From assembly GCA_964389675.1 (NCBI GenBank), contig CAYMEV010000005.1, positions 62,001 to 126,000 on the forward strand: a DNA stretch of 64,000 nucleotides. The letters are read 5' to 3'. This DNA is from an uncultured Candidatus Sumerlaeota bacterium (lineage in GTDB: Bacteria; CAYMEV01). Position numbers and translations under genes: made by a program. Below the pieces are notes generated by a model. That model did not search any database. It saw only the letters and a program-made list of their open reading frames with translations, and was not told where the DNA came from. Of this stretch, positions 9,816 to 19,496 are shown one piece after another (within the stretch, counting starts at the first letter, position 1; each line of letters begins with the position of its first letter).

Positions 9816-11192
9816 TTAGTTATTACCATAATATCTATTTAATGCAACAGAAATTGACTGAACAAATTCATCTGAATTTGTAAACCCGTAGGTAATGTTG
9901 ATCACCCTGTTTCCTACCAGAAGGACTGTAGCCGGGAAATCGTTTATTTTCAGCTGTACCATGGTGCTTTTATTTCTGCCTGCATCCATCTGGTAGATCT
10001 TAACAAGAAAGCCAGGATTCAGTGACAGGATTCTTGCGGCCTGTATAAGCCGGATACTTGACAGGGATTCAATATCATAAAAAATGATTATCCAGGGGCC
10101 TTTCTCCTTATTGCCCAGCATGCTTAGATCCTGAGGGGATAGCTCTGTCAGGAGGGGAACACCAGGGAGATTGTTCTGCACAAATTCTTCGGAAGGGTTA
10201 TAAAGCAGGGGAATATTGCCGATCATCTGGCCATTCATTTTGACCGAGGCAATATATGCTGCAAATACAAAATCATTATCATATTTATGCTTTATTTCAC
10301 TTCTTCTCAATTCAAATTCTGCTTCCTTTTCACCTATCTGAGTGGTCTTCTGAACAGTTTTTATGACTGTACCATCAGGGCCAAAAAAGCTGACTTCAAA
10401 GCTGTTCTCAGTATTTGCGATCTCAAGCAGGACACTGAAATTAAAGCTTAGGTCTTTTTCAGTAAAGAATTCAGTCTGCTCTTTTACACCATGAATATTC
10501 CTGTATATTGAATAACCAATCTGCCCGAGATCAGTTACAGCAATATCCTGGTCTACTATTATTCCAAGCCCGCCTGTTTTTTCATCCTCATCAGTGATTT
10601 CTGAAGTTTCCGATGCTTCTGGCGTGGCAGTTTCCTCTTCAATCCCATCTTCTTCCACTTCAACTACTTCAGTACTCTTTACCGGCAGGTCCGATCTGTC
10701 AGAATCACTGTCCATCCTGCTGAAAATGAAAATCATGATTATGATAATGACAGCCAGGGCACCAAGATATAAAGGAAGCACACTCCTTTTTCCCTCTTCT
10801 TTTTCAATATCAAAATCAAGTGCGCATAATTCACATATATTTTTTAAGCCTAATTTTCTTTTACACTTAATGCAGAAATTTGTCCTGCATATGGCACATT
10901 CACCTGAAGATGCATTTTCAGGATGGAGAGGGCATAGATTATCCTTTAGCAGTTTTGCATCCGCTTCCAGTTTCAGCAGTACATTAAGCCAATGCTCAGA
11001 TTCAATTTTGTCAAATTTTCCTATGACAAATGGCCCCCTGTCAAGCATTTTTTGAGATTTCTCTATGTCTATATTTAAAGATTCAAAAAGCATCTTCTTC
11101 AGGTTGTAAATATTCTTTTCACCCTCTATACTGTACACAACAACCTGGTAATATTCCTTCTCTTTCTCCTTCTTTGCATTATCTTCATCCAT
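9816..11192 (-). CDS. Single-pass membrane protein: B-box-like Zn finger, TM helix, C-terminal thioredoxin-like fold without CxxC
   Basis: CPLHP…CAIC…CIKC…CELC; hydrophobic LGALAVIIIIMIFIF; C-terminal Trx-like pattern (IIFYD…FPATVLL…GF). Confidence 0.6.
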   Translation of the reverse strand: MDEDNAKKEKEKEYYQVVVYSIEGEKNIYNLKKMLFESLNIDIEKSQKMLDRGPFVIGKFDKIESEHWLNVLLKLEADAKLLKDNLCPLHPENASSGECAICRTNFCIKCKRKLGLKNICELCALDFDIEKEEGKRSVLPLYLGALAVIIIIMIFIFSRMDSDSDRSDLPVKSTEVVEVEEDGIEEETATPEASETSEITDEDEKTGGLGIIVDQDIAVTDLGQIGYSIYRNIHGVKEQTEFFTEKDLSFNFSVLLEIANTENSFEVSFFGPDGTVIKTVQKTTQIGEKEAEFELRRSEIKHKYDNDFVFAAYIASVKMNGQMIGNIPLLYNPSEEFVQNNLPGVPLLTELSPQDLSMLGNKEKGPWIIIFYDIESLSSIRLIQAARILSLNPGFLVKIYQMDAGRNKSTMVQLKINDFPATVLLVGNRVINITYGFTNSDEFVQSISVALNRYYGNN

Positions 11193-11193
11193 G

Positions 11194-12156
11194 CTATATC
11201 TCCCCCTTTATGTGTAATTTGGATAATTCAGCGTATAAATTGCTGTTTCCTTCAACAATAGAATTAACAGCCTTATGCAGCAGGTTATTTTCTAATATAT
11301 TCCTTTCTGCTTCCAGAAGGATGCGCTTACGTGACATCTCTACAATGGTCCTGAAAAGCTTTTCCTTCTGAAGATTCTTATTATTCACTATATGGCTGAA
11401 ATGAATGTCTATTGCTTCTGCAAGCTCCGATATGCCTTTCTCATCCTTTGCAATACAGGACATTACCGGGGTGTCTTTTTTATCAGGCGTATTATTGAGC
11501 ATGAATTCTATGTCTCTAAGTGCTTTGCCTGCACCATCCCTGTCAGTTTTATTCACCACAAATATATCCCCGATCTCGAACAGGCCAGCCTTTATAGCCT
11601 GTATATCATCTCCAGCATTAGGAATTGTGACAATTATGACTGTATCAGCTATATTGCAGATATCTACCTCAGCCTGACCAACACCTACAGTCTCAACTAT
11701 TATTTTATCCTTCTTAAGATATTTCAGGAGATAAACCATATCATAGGTCGATGTAGCAAGCCCTCCAAGGCTTCCTCGAGTTGCCATGGAACGTATTGTT
11801 ATGTTTGGATAGCTGTTCAGTTCATTCATCCTGACCCTGTCACCTAAAAGAGCTCCTTTTGTAAAAGGGCTTGAAGGGTCAACAGCTACAATGCCGACAC
11901 TCAGTCCTTTATTTGCATATTTTTTGGCTATTTTTGATGTAAGGGTGCTTTTCCCGACACCCGGGCTGCCTGTAATACCTATTATCTGAGATTTACTGCC
12001 GTTATCACAACTCTCAGCCAGAGCACTCAGTATATTAAACCCCTCCTTTGTGATACCTTCGATCAAGGATGCGACCTTGCCAAATGTTCTGGTATCATTA
12101 GATCTCAATCTTTTGATAATTTCTGCAATATCTGACTCAGCTCCTGAAATTATCAT
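11194..12156 (-). CDS. meaB: Methylmalonyl-CoA mutase-associated GTPase MeaB
   Basis: GITGSPGVGKST, VDPSSPF.GALLGDRVRM, ETVGVGQ, NKTD motifs. Confidence 0.95.
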   Translation of the reverse strand: MIISGAESDIAEIIKRLRSNDTRTFGKVASLIEGITKEGFNILSALAESCDNGSKSQIIGITGSPGVGKSTLTSKIAKKYANKGLSVGIVAVDPSSPFTKGALLGDRVRMNELNSYPNITIRSMATRGSLGGLATSTYDMVYLLKYLKKDKIIVETVGVGQAEVDICNIADTVIIVTIPNAGDDIQAIKAGLFEIGDIFVVNKTDRDGAGKALRDIEFMLNNTPDKKDTPVMSCIAKDEKGISELAEAIDIHFSHIVNNKNLQKEKLFRTIVEMSRKRILLEAERNILENNLLHKAVNSIVEGNSNLYAELSKLHIKGEI

Positions 12157-12162
12157 GACATA

Positions 12163-12555
12163 TTATGCTATTGATTTAATATATTCAATAATTCTGGCTG
12201 TAGGGGTACCAGGAGTAAATACCTCTTTTATTCCATTCTCTTTCAGGAATGAAATATCCTGTTCAGGAATTATCCCGCCTACAATAACAAAAATATCCGT
12301 GGCGTTATTAGCTTTCAGCAGACTGGATACCTTTGGGCAGAGATGCTTATGTGCTCCGGATAATAAGCTGAGACCAATAACTTTCACATCTTCTTCAAGG
12401 GCTATCTTTACAATTTCATCAGGTGTATGACGCAGACCTGTATAGATTACTTCATAACCTGCGTCTCTAAGCGCTTGTGCAACTACCTTTGCACCTCTGT
12501 CATGACCATCTAATCCAGGTTTTGCTATCAGAATTCTTGTTATTGCTTTTTCCAT
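12163..12555 (-). CDS. Cobalamin-binding small subunit of an acyl-CoA (methylmalonyl-CoA) mutase
   Basis: KPGLDGHDRGAK (DxHxxG), SLLSGAH, GGIIP, FTPGT. Confidence 0.93.
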   Translation of the reverse strand: MEKAITRILIAKPGLDGHDRGAKVVAQALRDAGYEVIYTGLRHTPDEIVKIALEEDVKVIGLSLLSGAHKHLCPKVSSLLKANNATDIFVIVGGIIPEQDISFLKENGIKEVFTPGTPTARIIEYIKSIA

Positions 12556-13106
12556 GGACTTATCTCCTTGTTTAATAAATATAATTTATAGAAATTCCTT
12601 CTATTTATCAGAACATAGATAAGAATAATTATATAATAAATAGAAATGGGCAAGACTATTATTGTATTGCTGTTTTGAACAAAATCGCGAAAAAAACCAA
12701 ATCCGGCCACAATAAGTGTATTTGGCAATATAAGTGCTGTATTGGAAAAAAAGACATAACGGGGTTTTATGCCGTTTTTCTGAAAAAGGGTATAGGTCAA
12801 TGAATCAAAAAAAACAAGGTAAAAGATTGCCAAAAACAGTATAAGCATCACTGTAATACTCATTTCTGTATTAATACTGTATTTCATCAGTGCAATGAGG
12901 AAGGGGAAAATTGTGAGGCTCATAAAGGTCTTAAAAGCAATCAGCCTTGACAGCTCATCTTTAATTCCCGAACAGAATAATATTCCCATAATATTGAAGA
13001 AAAAATACAGATATGCACTAAGAGGAATGAAATCAAAATAAAGCAGAACATATAATAAAGAACATGCTGTTATAGAGATATATAGTAGTATCAGGTTGAA
13101 TCTCAT
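12540..13106 (-). CDS. Hypothetical integral membrane protein (about 6 TM segments)
   Basis: Hydrophobic throughout; overlaps both neighbours in the operon. Confidence 0.6.
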   Translation of the reverse strand: MRFNLILLYISITACSLLYVLLYFDFIPLSAYLYFFFNIMGILFCSGIKDELSRLIAFKTFMSLTIFPFLIALMKYSINTEMSITVMLILFLAIFYLVFFDSLTYTLFQKNGIKPRYVFFSNTALILPNTLIVAGFGFFRDFVQNSNTIIVLPISIYYIIILIYVLINRRNFYKLYLLNKEISPWKKQ

Positions 13107-15100
13107 CCAGATTTGCCTGTGTGCTTTATTGCATTAATGATGGAGTCTGATATGTTTTTAAGGCCGATATTATGCTTTTCCGTAAGTTCCTCATAGGTTC
13201 CGGATTTAATGAATTCACCTTTTAAGCCCACAGGGAAAATGCGTGTCGGGTAAGTACCGGATGATACTTCAGAAAGCAATCCAAACAATCCCCCGCTTAT
13301 GCTTGCAGCTTCAGCTGATACTATCGGGCCCTGCTTTGCGGAATCAATTATTATGTCCGTATTGGCTGGTTTCAGCCTGAAGAGATCTACAAGTCTGATA
13401 TCAACATCATAAAAGCTGTCAACACTGCTTATAGCTCTTATTGAGTCAAAAACAAGGTCGCCGACTGCAAATACCGTAATCCTTTTGCTCTCTTTTTTCT
13501 CAAAATCCTTCAGCAAAATATATCCCTTTTCCAGGTCCTTTTCATTTATCCTGTTTCTCAGATTGATATCCATATGATGCTTTCCATCATAAATGGTGCT
13601 TATCTTATTCCTGCTGTATTTCATGAAACAGGGCCCGTTAATTTTCAGGATTTCAGATATGAGCATATATGCAAGCACACCGTCAGAAGGCCAGAAAATA
13701 TGCCAGTTCGGCATTCCCCTCAGAGCGGAAGTCAATTCAATTTCAGCATGTGAACCGCCATCACTCAGCCTTGGGTCACCGTGAGAACCCATAACCTTTA
13801 CATTCAGTTTATTATAGGCAATCTGTCTCAATGCGCCCATTGATTCAAGCTGAAATATCGAAAATGTATTTGTAAAAGGGATGTAGCCTTCTTTTGCTAA
13901 GCCGGCTGCGAGCATATTCATGAGGTTTTCTGCTATGCCAACCTCAAGGGTCCTTTCCGGAAATCTATGATAGAAATAGCTGCCTTTGCATGAAGACATA
14001 AGATCAGCATATACAGATATTATTCTGTTATTTTCAATAGCCTCCCTGGCAATAGCTTTCCCCACTGAGTCCCTTGGCGACATCTTTTCCTTTATGACAA
14101 GCTCAATGTCGTCATGTTTATCAATTTCAGTCAATCTATGGTTTATGATATTTTCGTAAATATCAAAAATTCCCATCAGATGTGTTGATGATAAATCCGC
14201 AGTTTTAAGATTTGAATCATATTTTGTTGTCAGGGTCCTGAGCTCATGGTCCATAGGCGGAACACCATGATAGGCTGCATCATCCTCCATGAAAGGAACG
14301 CCCTTGCCTTTTATTGTCTTAAATATTATAACTCCCGGCCTGTCATTGACCTCTTTCACCTGCTCAAATGCCCATTTAATGTGGGCATAATCATGGCCAT
14401 TAAGGTCTATGCCACCTTTATATCTGTTAATTATCTGCCATTGATGCTTATTAAAGTGGCTTTCTATAGGGCTTGTATCCAGTATATTTTCTTTTTTCCC
14501 TGAAAGCTGGTGGCCATTGTAATCAATTATCAGGATAAAATTAGATAATTTTTTAGCTCCTGCATAGGCAATGGCTTCTTTGGTAATTCCTTCATCCAGT
14601 TCCCCGTCTCCGATAAGCACATAGACATACTGCTCTGCAGGGCAGCTGCTGGAATTTTCCGTGGTTAAACACCTGTGTGCTGATCTGCACCTCAGTGCTT
14701 CAGCTATCCCGACACCGGCAGAAACTCCCTTGCCCAGTGAACCTGTGGAAAACTCAATACAGTCGAGCATAGTCATGTCAGGATGCCCCTGAAGCCTGCT
14801 GTCAGTCTTTCTTAGGGTATTCAGCTCTTTTTCCTCTATATACCCCATGAGAGATAAAATTGCATAAAGGGTAGGAGCGGCATGCCCTTTGCTCAGAATA
14901 AACCTGTCTCTGTATTCCCATTTCGGATCCAGGGGATTATGCCTGAGAACATAATCATATAATGCCATACAGATTTCCACGCAGGACAGTGATGGTCCAG
15001 GATGCCCTGAATTAGCGTGGTTTATCATGTACATAACAAGTGATCTTACTTTATTGCATTTCAGCTTAAATTCCAGTATCTCTTTGCTAAAACTCATCAC
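13103..15100 (-). CDS. tkt: Transketolase (fused N- and C-terminal halves of the split-type family)
   Basis: SGHPG, DRFILSKGH, LQGHP, TGSLG, TPP motif GDGE…N, GIAE. Confidence 0.85.
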   Translation of the reverse strand: MMSFSKEILEFKLKCNKVRSLVMYMINHANSGHPGPSLSCVEICMALYDYVLRHNPLDPKWEYRDRFILSKGHAAPTLYAILSLMGYIEEKELNTLRKTDSRLQGHPDMTMLDCIEFSTGSLGKGVSAGVGIAEALRCRSAHRCLTTENSSSCPAEQYVYVLIGDGELDEGITKEAIAYAGAKKLSNFILIIDYNGHQLSGKKENILDTSPIESHFNKHQWQIINRYKGGIDLNGHDYAHIKWAFEQVKEVNDRPGVIIFKTIKGKGVPFMEDDAAYHGVPPMDHELRTLTTKYDSNLKTADLSSTHLMGIFDIYENIINHRLTEIDKHDDIELVIKEKMSPRDSVGKAIAREAIENNRIISVYADLMSSCKGSYFYHRFPERTLEVGIAENLMNMLAAGLAKEGYIPFTNTFSIFQLESMGALRQIAYNKLNVKVMGSHGDPRLSDGGSHAEIELTSALRGMPNWHIFWPSDGVLAYMLISEILKINGPCFMKYSRNKISTIYDGKHHMDINLRNRINEKDLEKGYILLKDFEKKESKRITVFAVGDLVFDSIRAISSVDSFYDVDIRLVDLFRLKPANTDIIIDSAKQGPIVSAEAASISGGLFGLLSEVSSGTYPTRIFPVGLKGEFIKSGTYEELTEKHNIGLKNISDSIINAIKHTGKSG

Positions 15101-15204
15101 TCCCCTCTTAAATTATTAATCAATGGATTGCATAACAATGATATCAATATATTATATATGACATAAATTAACAAGAAATTTTATAATATTAAAAAATCTA
15201 AGAC

Positions 15205-15232
15205 TTGACATGATTATGATATGGATTATATT
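15205..15232 (+). promoter_or_regulatory. Putative sigma70 promoter of the metallophosphoesterase gene
   Basis: TTGACA-16 nt-TATATT. Confidence 0.5.
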
Positions 15233-15268
15233 ACTGAAACGCCATAAAACTTGATAAAGGGATACAGA

Positions 15269-16387
15269 ATGAATATACCCGTTTTCATAATGTTTTTTCT
15301 GATTGTATCAACCGTTTACTGCCTATTAAACCTGTTTGTCTATTTCTCAATTTCAAAAGGCATCCTGCTGAGCAGAACATATAAGAGAATCCTCTGTGCT
15401 GCTTTCCTGGTCTTAAGCCCCCTCTATATCATCAGCGAGATACCGGGAATATACATCATCAATGTTCATATTATCAGATTTGCAGGCGCAGTATGGATAG
15501 GGATCCTCTCGATATCGTTCACAGTTTTTCTTCTGCAGCTGATTATAATGACAATAAACAGGAACAGATACCGCAAACAAGCGACAATTATCTCGCTTTT
15601 TCTGATATTTGCCATCTCACTTGTTTCAATATACAGGGGAATTAGATTTCCAAAGCTTGTAGAAATCGATATTTATTCGGATAAGATTCCTGAATCCCTG
15701 TCAGGCTTTACTGCAATACAAATTGCGGATCTTCACATTGGGAACATAAAATCGGTAAAGTGGTTCAGGAGCATAATTAAACATATCAGCGGGATGTCCC
15801 CTGATATTGTTCTAATAACAGGTGACCTGATAGATATGGACATATGCAGTGATAACCAGATCTGCAATATATTAGCAGACTTAAAATCAGCAAACGGGAT
15901 TGCGGCAGTCTATGGAAACCATGAATATTATGCAGGAATTCATAATCTTGATGAAATGGAACAGTTAGAGAATTTTAATTTGCTCGTAAATCAGAGTCTA
16001 TCAATAAACAGGCATATTAATATTATAGGGCTTGATGATCCAACCGCCATGAGATTTAATAAAAAAGGCCCTGACATTGCTAAAGCCACAGAGGATATTG
16101 ACAAAGATGCTTTCAACATACTGCTTGTACATCAGCCAGTCAATCTGGATTATTATTCAACATACAACATTGACCTGATCCTTTGCGGACATACTCATTC
16201 CGGTCAGATACCTCCCATGGACCTTATAGTGCAGTTGATTTTCAAATATACATACGGTTTTTATTCAACCGAAGATGCAGACATATATGTTACAAGCGGC
16301 ACGGGGATATGGGGACCTCCGATGAGGCTTTTCAGCAATTCAGAGATTGTTAGAATAAGGCTTTTCCAGAAAAAGAAAACCCGTTAA
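15269..16387 (+). CDS. Membrane-anchored calcineurin-like metallophosphoesterase (YkuE/YaeI-like)
   Basis: N-terminal TMs; DLH, GD, GNHE, H, GHTH motifs; GIWGPPMR; ATG 15269 follows AAGGGA. Confidence 0.9.
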   Translation: MNIPVFIMFFLIVSTVYCLLNLFVYFSISKGILLSRTYKRILCAAFLVLSPLYIISEIPGIYIINVHIIRFAGAVWIGILSISFTVFLLQLIIMTINRNRYRKQATIISLFLIFAISLVSIYRGIRFPKLVEIDIYSDKIPESLSGFTAIQIADLHIGNIKSVKWFRSIIKHISGMSPDIVLITGDLIDMDICSDNQICNILADLKSANGIAAVYGNHEYYAGIHNLDEMEQLENFNLLVNQSLSINRHINIIGLDDPTAMRFNKKGPDIAKATEDIDKDAFNILLVHQPVNLDYYSTYNIDLILCGHTHSGQIPPMDLIVQLIFKYTYGFYSTEDADIYVTSGTGIWGPPMRLFSNSEIVRIRLFQKKKTR

Positions 16388-17588
16388 AAATATATTCTGC
16401 CATTTCTTTTCTGCTTATTTTTTCATTACCCCTGAATAACTGATAGAATGAGAATGGATCATTTTTCCCTTTTTTTATTGATATTGAACCATAAGATTCT
16501 GGTGTTATAAATGCTATATTGTCCAGCAATAGAGAAGGGCTGAATATTTCCACTCTTGCTGTCCCGTCAGGATATGATTTGACTGTATTATGCTGAGACA
16601 TGGAAATATCAGTCATTTCAATTAGTATTTCAGATTTATCAGCCTTTTTATTCACATTAATTTTTGTCAGGCCTGACAGCATGAAATCCTGATATTTTAT
16701 TTTAAAAAGGCTGGATACTATCTTACATGTATATATATCAAGGATATTATTGCGCCTGAATTGTAAGTCGCACTCAATTTCACCGTTCCCTCCTATAATT
16801 TCATAGACAGGCTTCAGGCTTTCCTTCCTTTTTGAAAAATATGATTTGCAAAGATGGCCTCGTATCTTCAGTCTATATGCATTATCATCGCTGAAGAGAA
16901 AATCTTCCAAAGGGACTGCAGAGCGTTTCTCATGATATAGCATGCCATTAAGGCCAGTAACTACCTTGGTATCTGATTTTTTAAGAAAGGCTGTGCTGTT
17001 TAGAAATTTCATTGAAAAGCATGATAATACAATTTTATCATCAATTTCAAGACCAAGGCTTATTTCAAGATTATCAGATAAATTGAAATAATCTGAATCA
17101 AGGCTTTTTATTTCTCTGATCTTTATGTTTTTAACTGATACGGTTTTATAGGACGGAAACCTGTAAATATTTTTATCCCACTTTCCGGGGTATCTGTTGA
17201 GGCTGTTATCAGTTGCAGCCTCTTCGCCATCAAGTTTTGTTATGACCCCCCTTCTGTAGTTTATCATAAATCCATCAATTTCTACTGAATCTATAACTAT
17301 ATGATCCTTAAACAATAATAGAGGATTAAACCTGACAGTAATATAATCAGACTTAATCCTGGCATACTTCTTGCCCTCAATTTCCAGAGAAACATTTCTC
17401 AGCCTGGCTTTGAATATGCCTGTTGACCAGATGGTCGTATAGTTCAGGACAGCATTCCTGAAAGCTATCCTTTTCGGAAGGTAAAGGTTAAGAAATGCAG
17501 TCATACCCAAAAAATAAAAAGCCCATAAATATATTATGCTGCTTAAGATATAAAGAACTTTGATATATCTGTATTTAACCGCTTTCAT
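16350..17588 (-). CDS. Hypothetical protein, N-terminal TM and beta-rich body (possibly AsmA-like)
   Basis: Long ORF, N-terminal anchor, 'VRFNPLLLFKDHIVIDSVEIDG' resembles AsmA N-terminal pattern. Confidence 0.5.
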   Translation of the reverse strand: MKAVKYRYIKVLYILSSIIYLWAFYFLGMTAFLNLYLPKRIAFRNAVLNYTTIWSTGIFKARLRNVSLEIEGKKYARIKSDYITVRFNPLLLFKDHIVIDSVEIDGFMINYRRGVITKLDGEEAATDNSLNRYPGKWDKNIYRFPSYKTVSVKNIKIREIKSLDSDYFNLSDNLEISLGLEIDDKIVLSCFSMKFLNSTAFLKKSDTKVVTGLNGMLYHEKRSAVPLEDFLFSDDNAYRLKIRGHLCKSYFSKRKESLKPVYEIIGGNGEIECDLQFRRNNILDIYTCKIVSSLFKIKYQDFMLSGLTKINVNKKADKSEILIEMTDISMSQHNTVKSYPDGTARVEIFSPSLLLDNIAFITPESYGSISIKKGKNDPFSFYQLFRGNEKISRKEMAEYIFNGFSFSGKALF

Positions 17589-17712
17589 ATTAAAAGATTA
17601 ATAACAACAATTTATTAATTATTCAATTAAAATAAATGAGCCTGTTCACAAAAATTACACATAACATATAATTATTGGAATAAAAAAAAAATGGAATATA
17701 ATGCCATGAAAC

Positions 17713-19416
17713 ATGGAAATTAAAGATGACAATCTATATATTGCAGATACAGCAGGTTTCTGCTGGGGGGTAAAAAGAGCTGTTGATATTGCAATGGATT
17801 CTGCAAATAAAAAGAAAAAGCCGATTTTTACCTACGGCCCTCTGATACACAATCCTCAGACTCTTATTATATTAAAGAAGCTTGGAATTAATATAATATC
17901 TGACATTGAAGATCTTCCAAAATCAGGTACAGTAATCATCAGGGCACATGGTATCAGTGATTATGAAAAACAGCTTCTTTGCAGCAGCCAGCTTGATATA
18001 GTTGATGCGACCTGCCCTAAAGTTAAGAAAATACAAAAGATAATAGCCAGTAACAATAAAGAGGCAAAAAAGGTCTATATATTTGGAGACAAAGAACATT
18101 CTGAGGTCAAGGGCCTTCTGGGGTATGCAGACAATAAGGGAGCTGTAATAGACAATGAAAATAAGGATACCTGCATTCTGGAAGAGCCTTCAATTCTTCT
18201 TTGTCAGACAACAGCAGATAAAGAAGCATGGGAAGAATTCTGCAAAAATGTATCTGAAAAATATAATAATGTAACAGTCTATAATACCATTTGTGATGCA
18301 ACTACTAAAAGGCAGGAAGAACTTAGAATGATCCTCAGGTCTGTTGACCTTATGATTATTATAGGCGGGAAAAATTCTGCAAATACAAGAAGATTATATA
18401 ATATATCAAAGGAATACAGCGCTGAGGCTGTTCACATAGAAAACCCCAATGAAATCGATAAAAGAATTATTAAAAGCAGTGAAAGAATTGGTATTACCGC
18501 GGGAGCTTCCACTCCTGCTTTTGTAATTCAGAACACACTGGAGCTGATTCAGAGAATTAAAAATGAAAAGGACAATATCTTTATTAAATTTCTATCATAT
18601 ATGATAAACCTGTTTTATCTTTCAGATTTATACAGTTCCCTCGGTATAGCAGGGCTGAGCTTCCTTTTTCAGAAGTGGCTGGGCCTCGGCAGTAACCTGA
18701 TACCAGCTTTAACATTATTTTTCTTTTACTGGGGCCTTTTACTGATGAACCATCTGCTTTCCACCCAGGACAGGATATTAAATGATTATATAAAGGTTGA
18801 TTTCTACAACAGATACCTGAAACCCCTTGTCTTACTGTCAATATTGAATATTTCGGTGAGCTTTATCCTTGCTTATATATACAATATAAGGTCACTGCCT
18901 ATATTAGGTCTCATTCTTTTATTATCATATGCATATCAGAGACCGGTACCAAAGTTTACGCTCAAACAGATAAAAGCATCGAAGGATTTTGTCTTTTCCG
19001 CAGCCCTGTGTATTCTATCCTCTTTTATACCTGTACTGTATTATAATGAGAGGATCAGGATTGAATTCCTGTTCCCTTTTGTTTTCATATTTTTTATTGC
19101 CCTGATAAGGTCTCTTATTTTTGACATCAGGGATATGAACCGTGATAAAATCTTTGGAAAAGAGACACTTCCCATACTTATAGGGAAAGAAAAGACAAAA
19201 GCGATCATAATAGTATTGAGCATTGTTTTGTTTCTGATTCTGACTTACGGTATCTTTACAGTGAATAAGAGGCTTTATCTCCTGTATATCCCTATCTGTT
19301 ATATAATCCTGTGCATGTACCTTTATAAAAAGCGGTATATCAGCAAGGGCATTGCTTTTGATATATTTATTGAAACAATTTTTGTTGCTGTATTTTTATC
19401 ATCAATATTTATATAA
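17713..19416 (+). CDS. ispH: 4-hydroxy-3-methylbut-2-enyl diphosphate reductase fused to a UbiA-like prenyltransferase membrane domain
   Basis: GFCWGV, LIHN, IRAHG, DATCP, H.EV, TICDAT, SAN, GITAGASTP; C-terminal multi-TM region with DIRDMNRD…ETLP. Confidence 0.9.
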   Translation: MEIKDDNLYIADTAGFCWGVKRAVDIAMDSANKKKKPIFTYGPLIHNPQTLIILKKLGINIISDIEDLPKSGTVIIRAHGISDYEKQLLCSSQLDIVDATCPKVKKIQKIIASNNKEAKKVYIFGDKEHSEVKGLLGYADNKGAVIDNENKDTCILEEPSILLCQTTADKEAWEEFCKNVSEKYNNVTVYNTICDATTKRQEELRMILRSVDLMIIIGGKNSANTRRLYNISKEYSAEAVHIENPNEIDKRIIKSSERIGITAGASTPAFVIQNTLELIQRIKNEKDNIFIKFLSYMINLFYLSDLYSSLGIAGLSFLFQKWLGLGSNLIPALTLFFFYWGLLLMNHLLSTQDRILNDYIKVDFYNRYLKPLVLLSILNISVSFILAYIYNIRSLPILGLILLLSYAYQRPVPKFTLKQIKASKDFVFSAALCILSSFIPVLYYNERIRIEFLFPFVFIFFIALIRSLIFDIRDMNRDKIFGKETLPILIGKEKTKAIIIVLSIVLFLILTYGIFTVNKRLYLLYIPICYIILCMYLYKKRYISKGIAFDIFIETIFVAVFLSSIFI

Positions 19417-19433
19417 TTTATAATTTTAAATAA

Positions 19434-19461
19434 TTGATTAATTTTTATTAGCAGCTATAAT
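19434..19461 (+). promoter_or_regulatory. Putative sigma70 promoter of the aminotransferase gene
   Basis: TTGATT-16 nt-TATAAT; GGAGG SD before ATG 19497. Confidence 0.5.
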
Positions 19462-19496
19462 TTTTATTACCGCAAATACTATATCGGAGGATTTTT

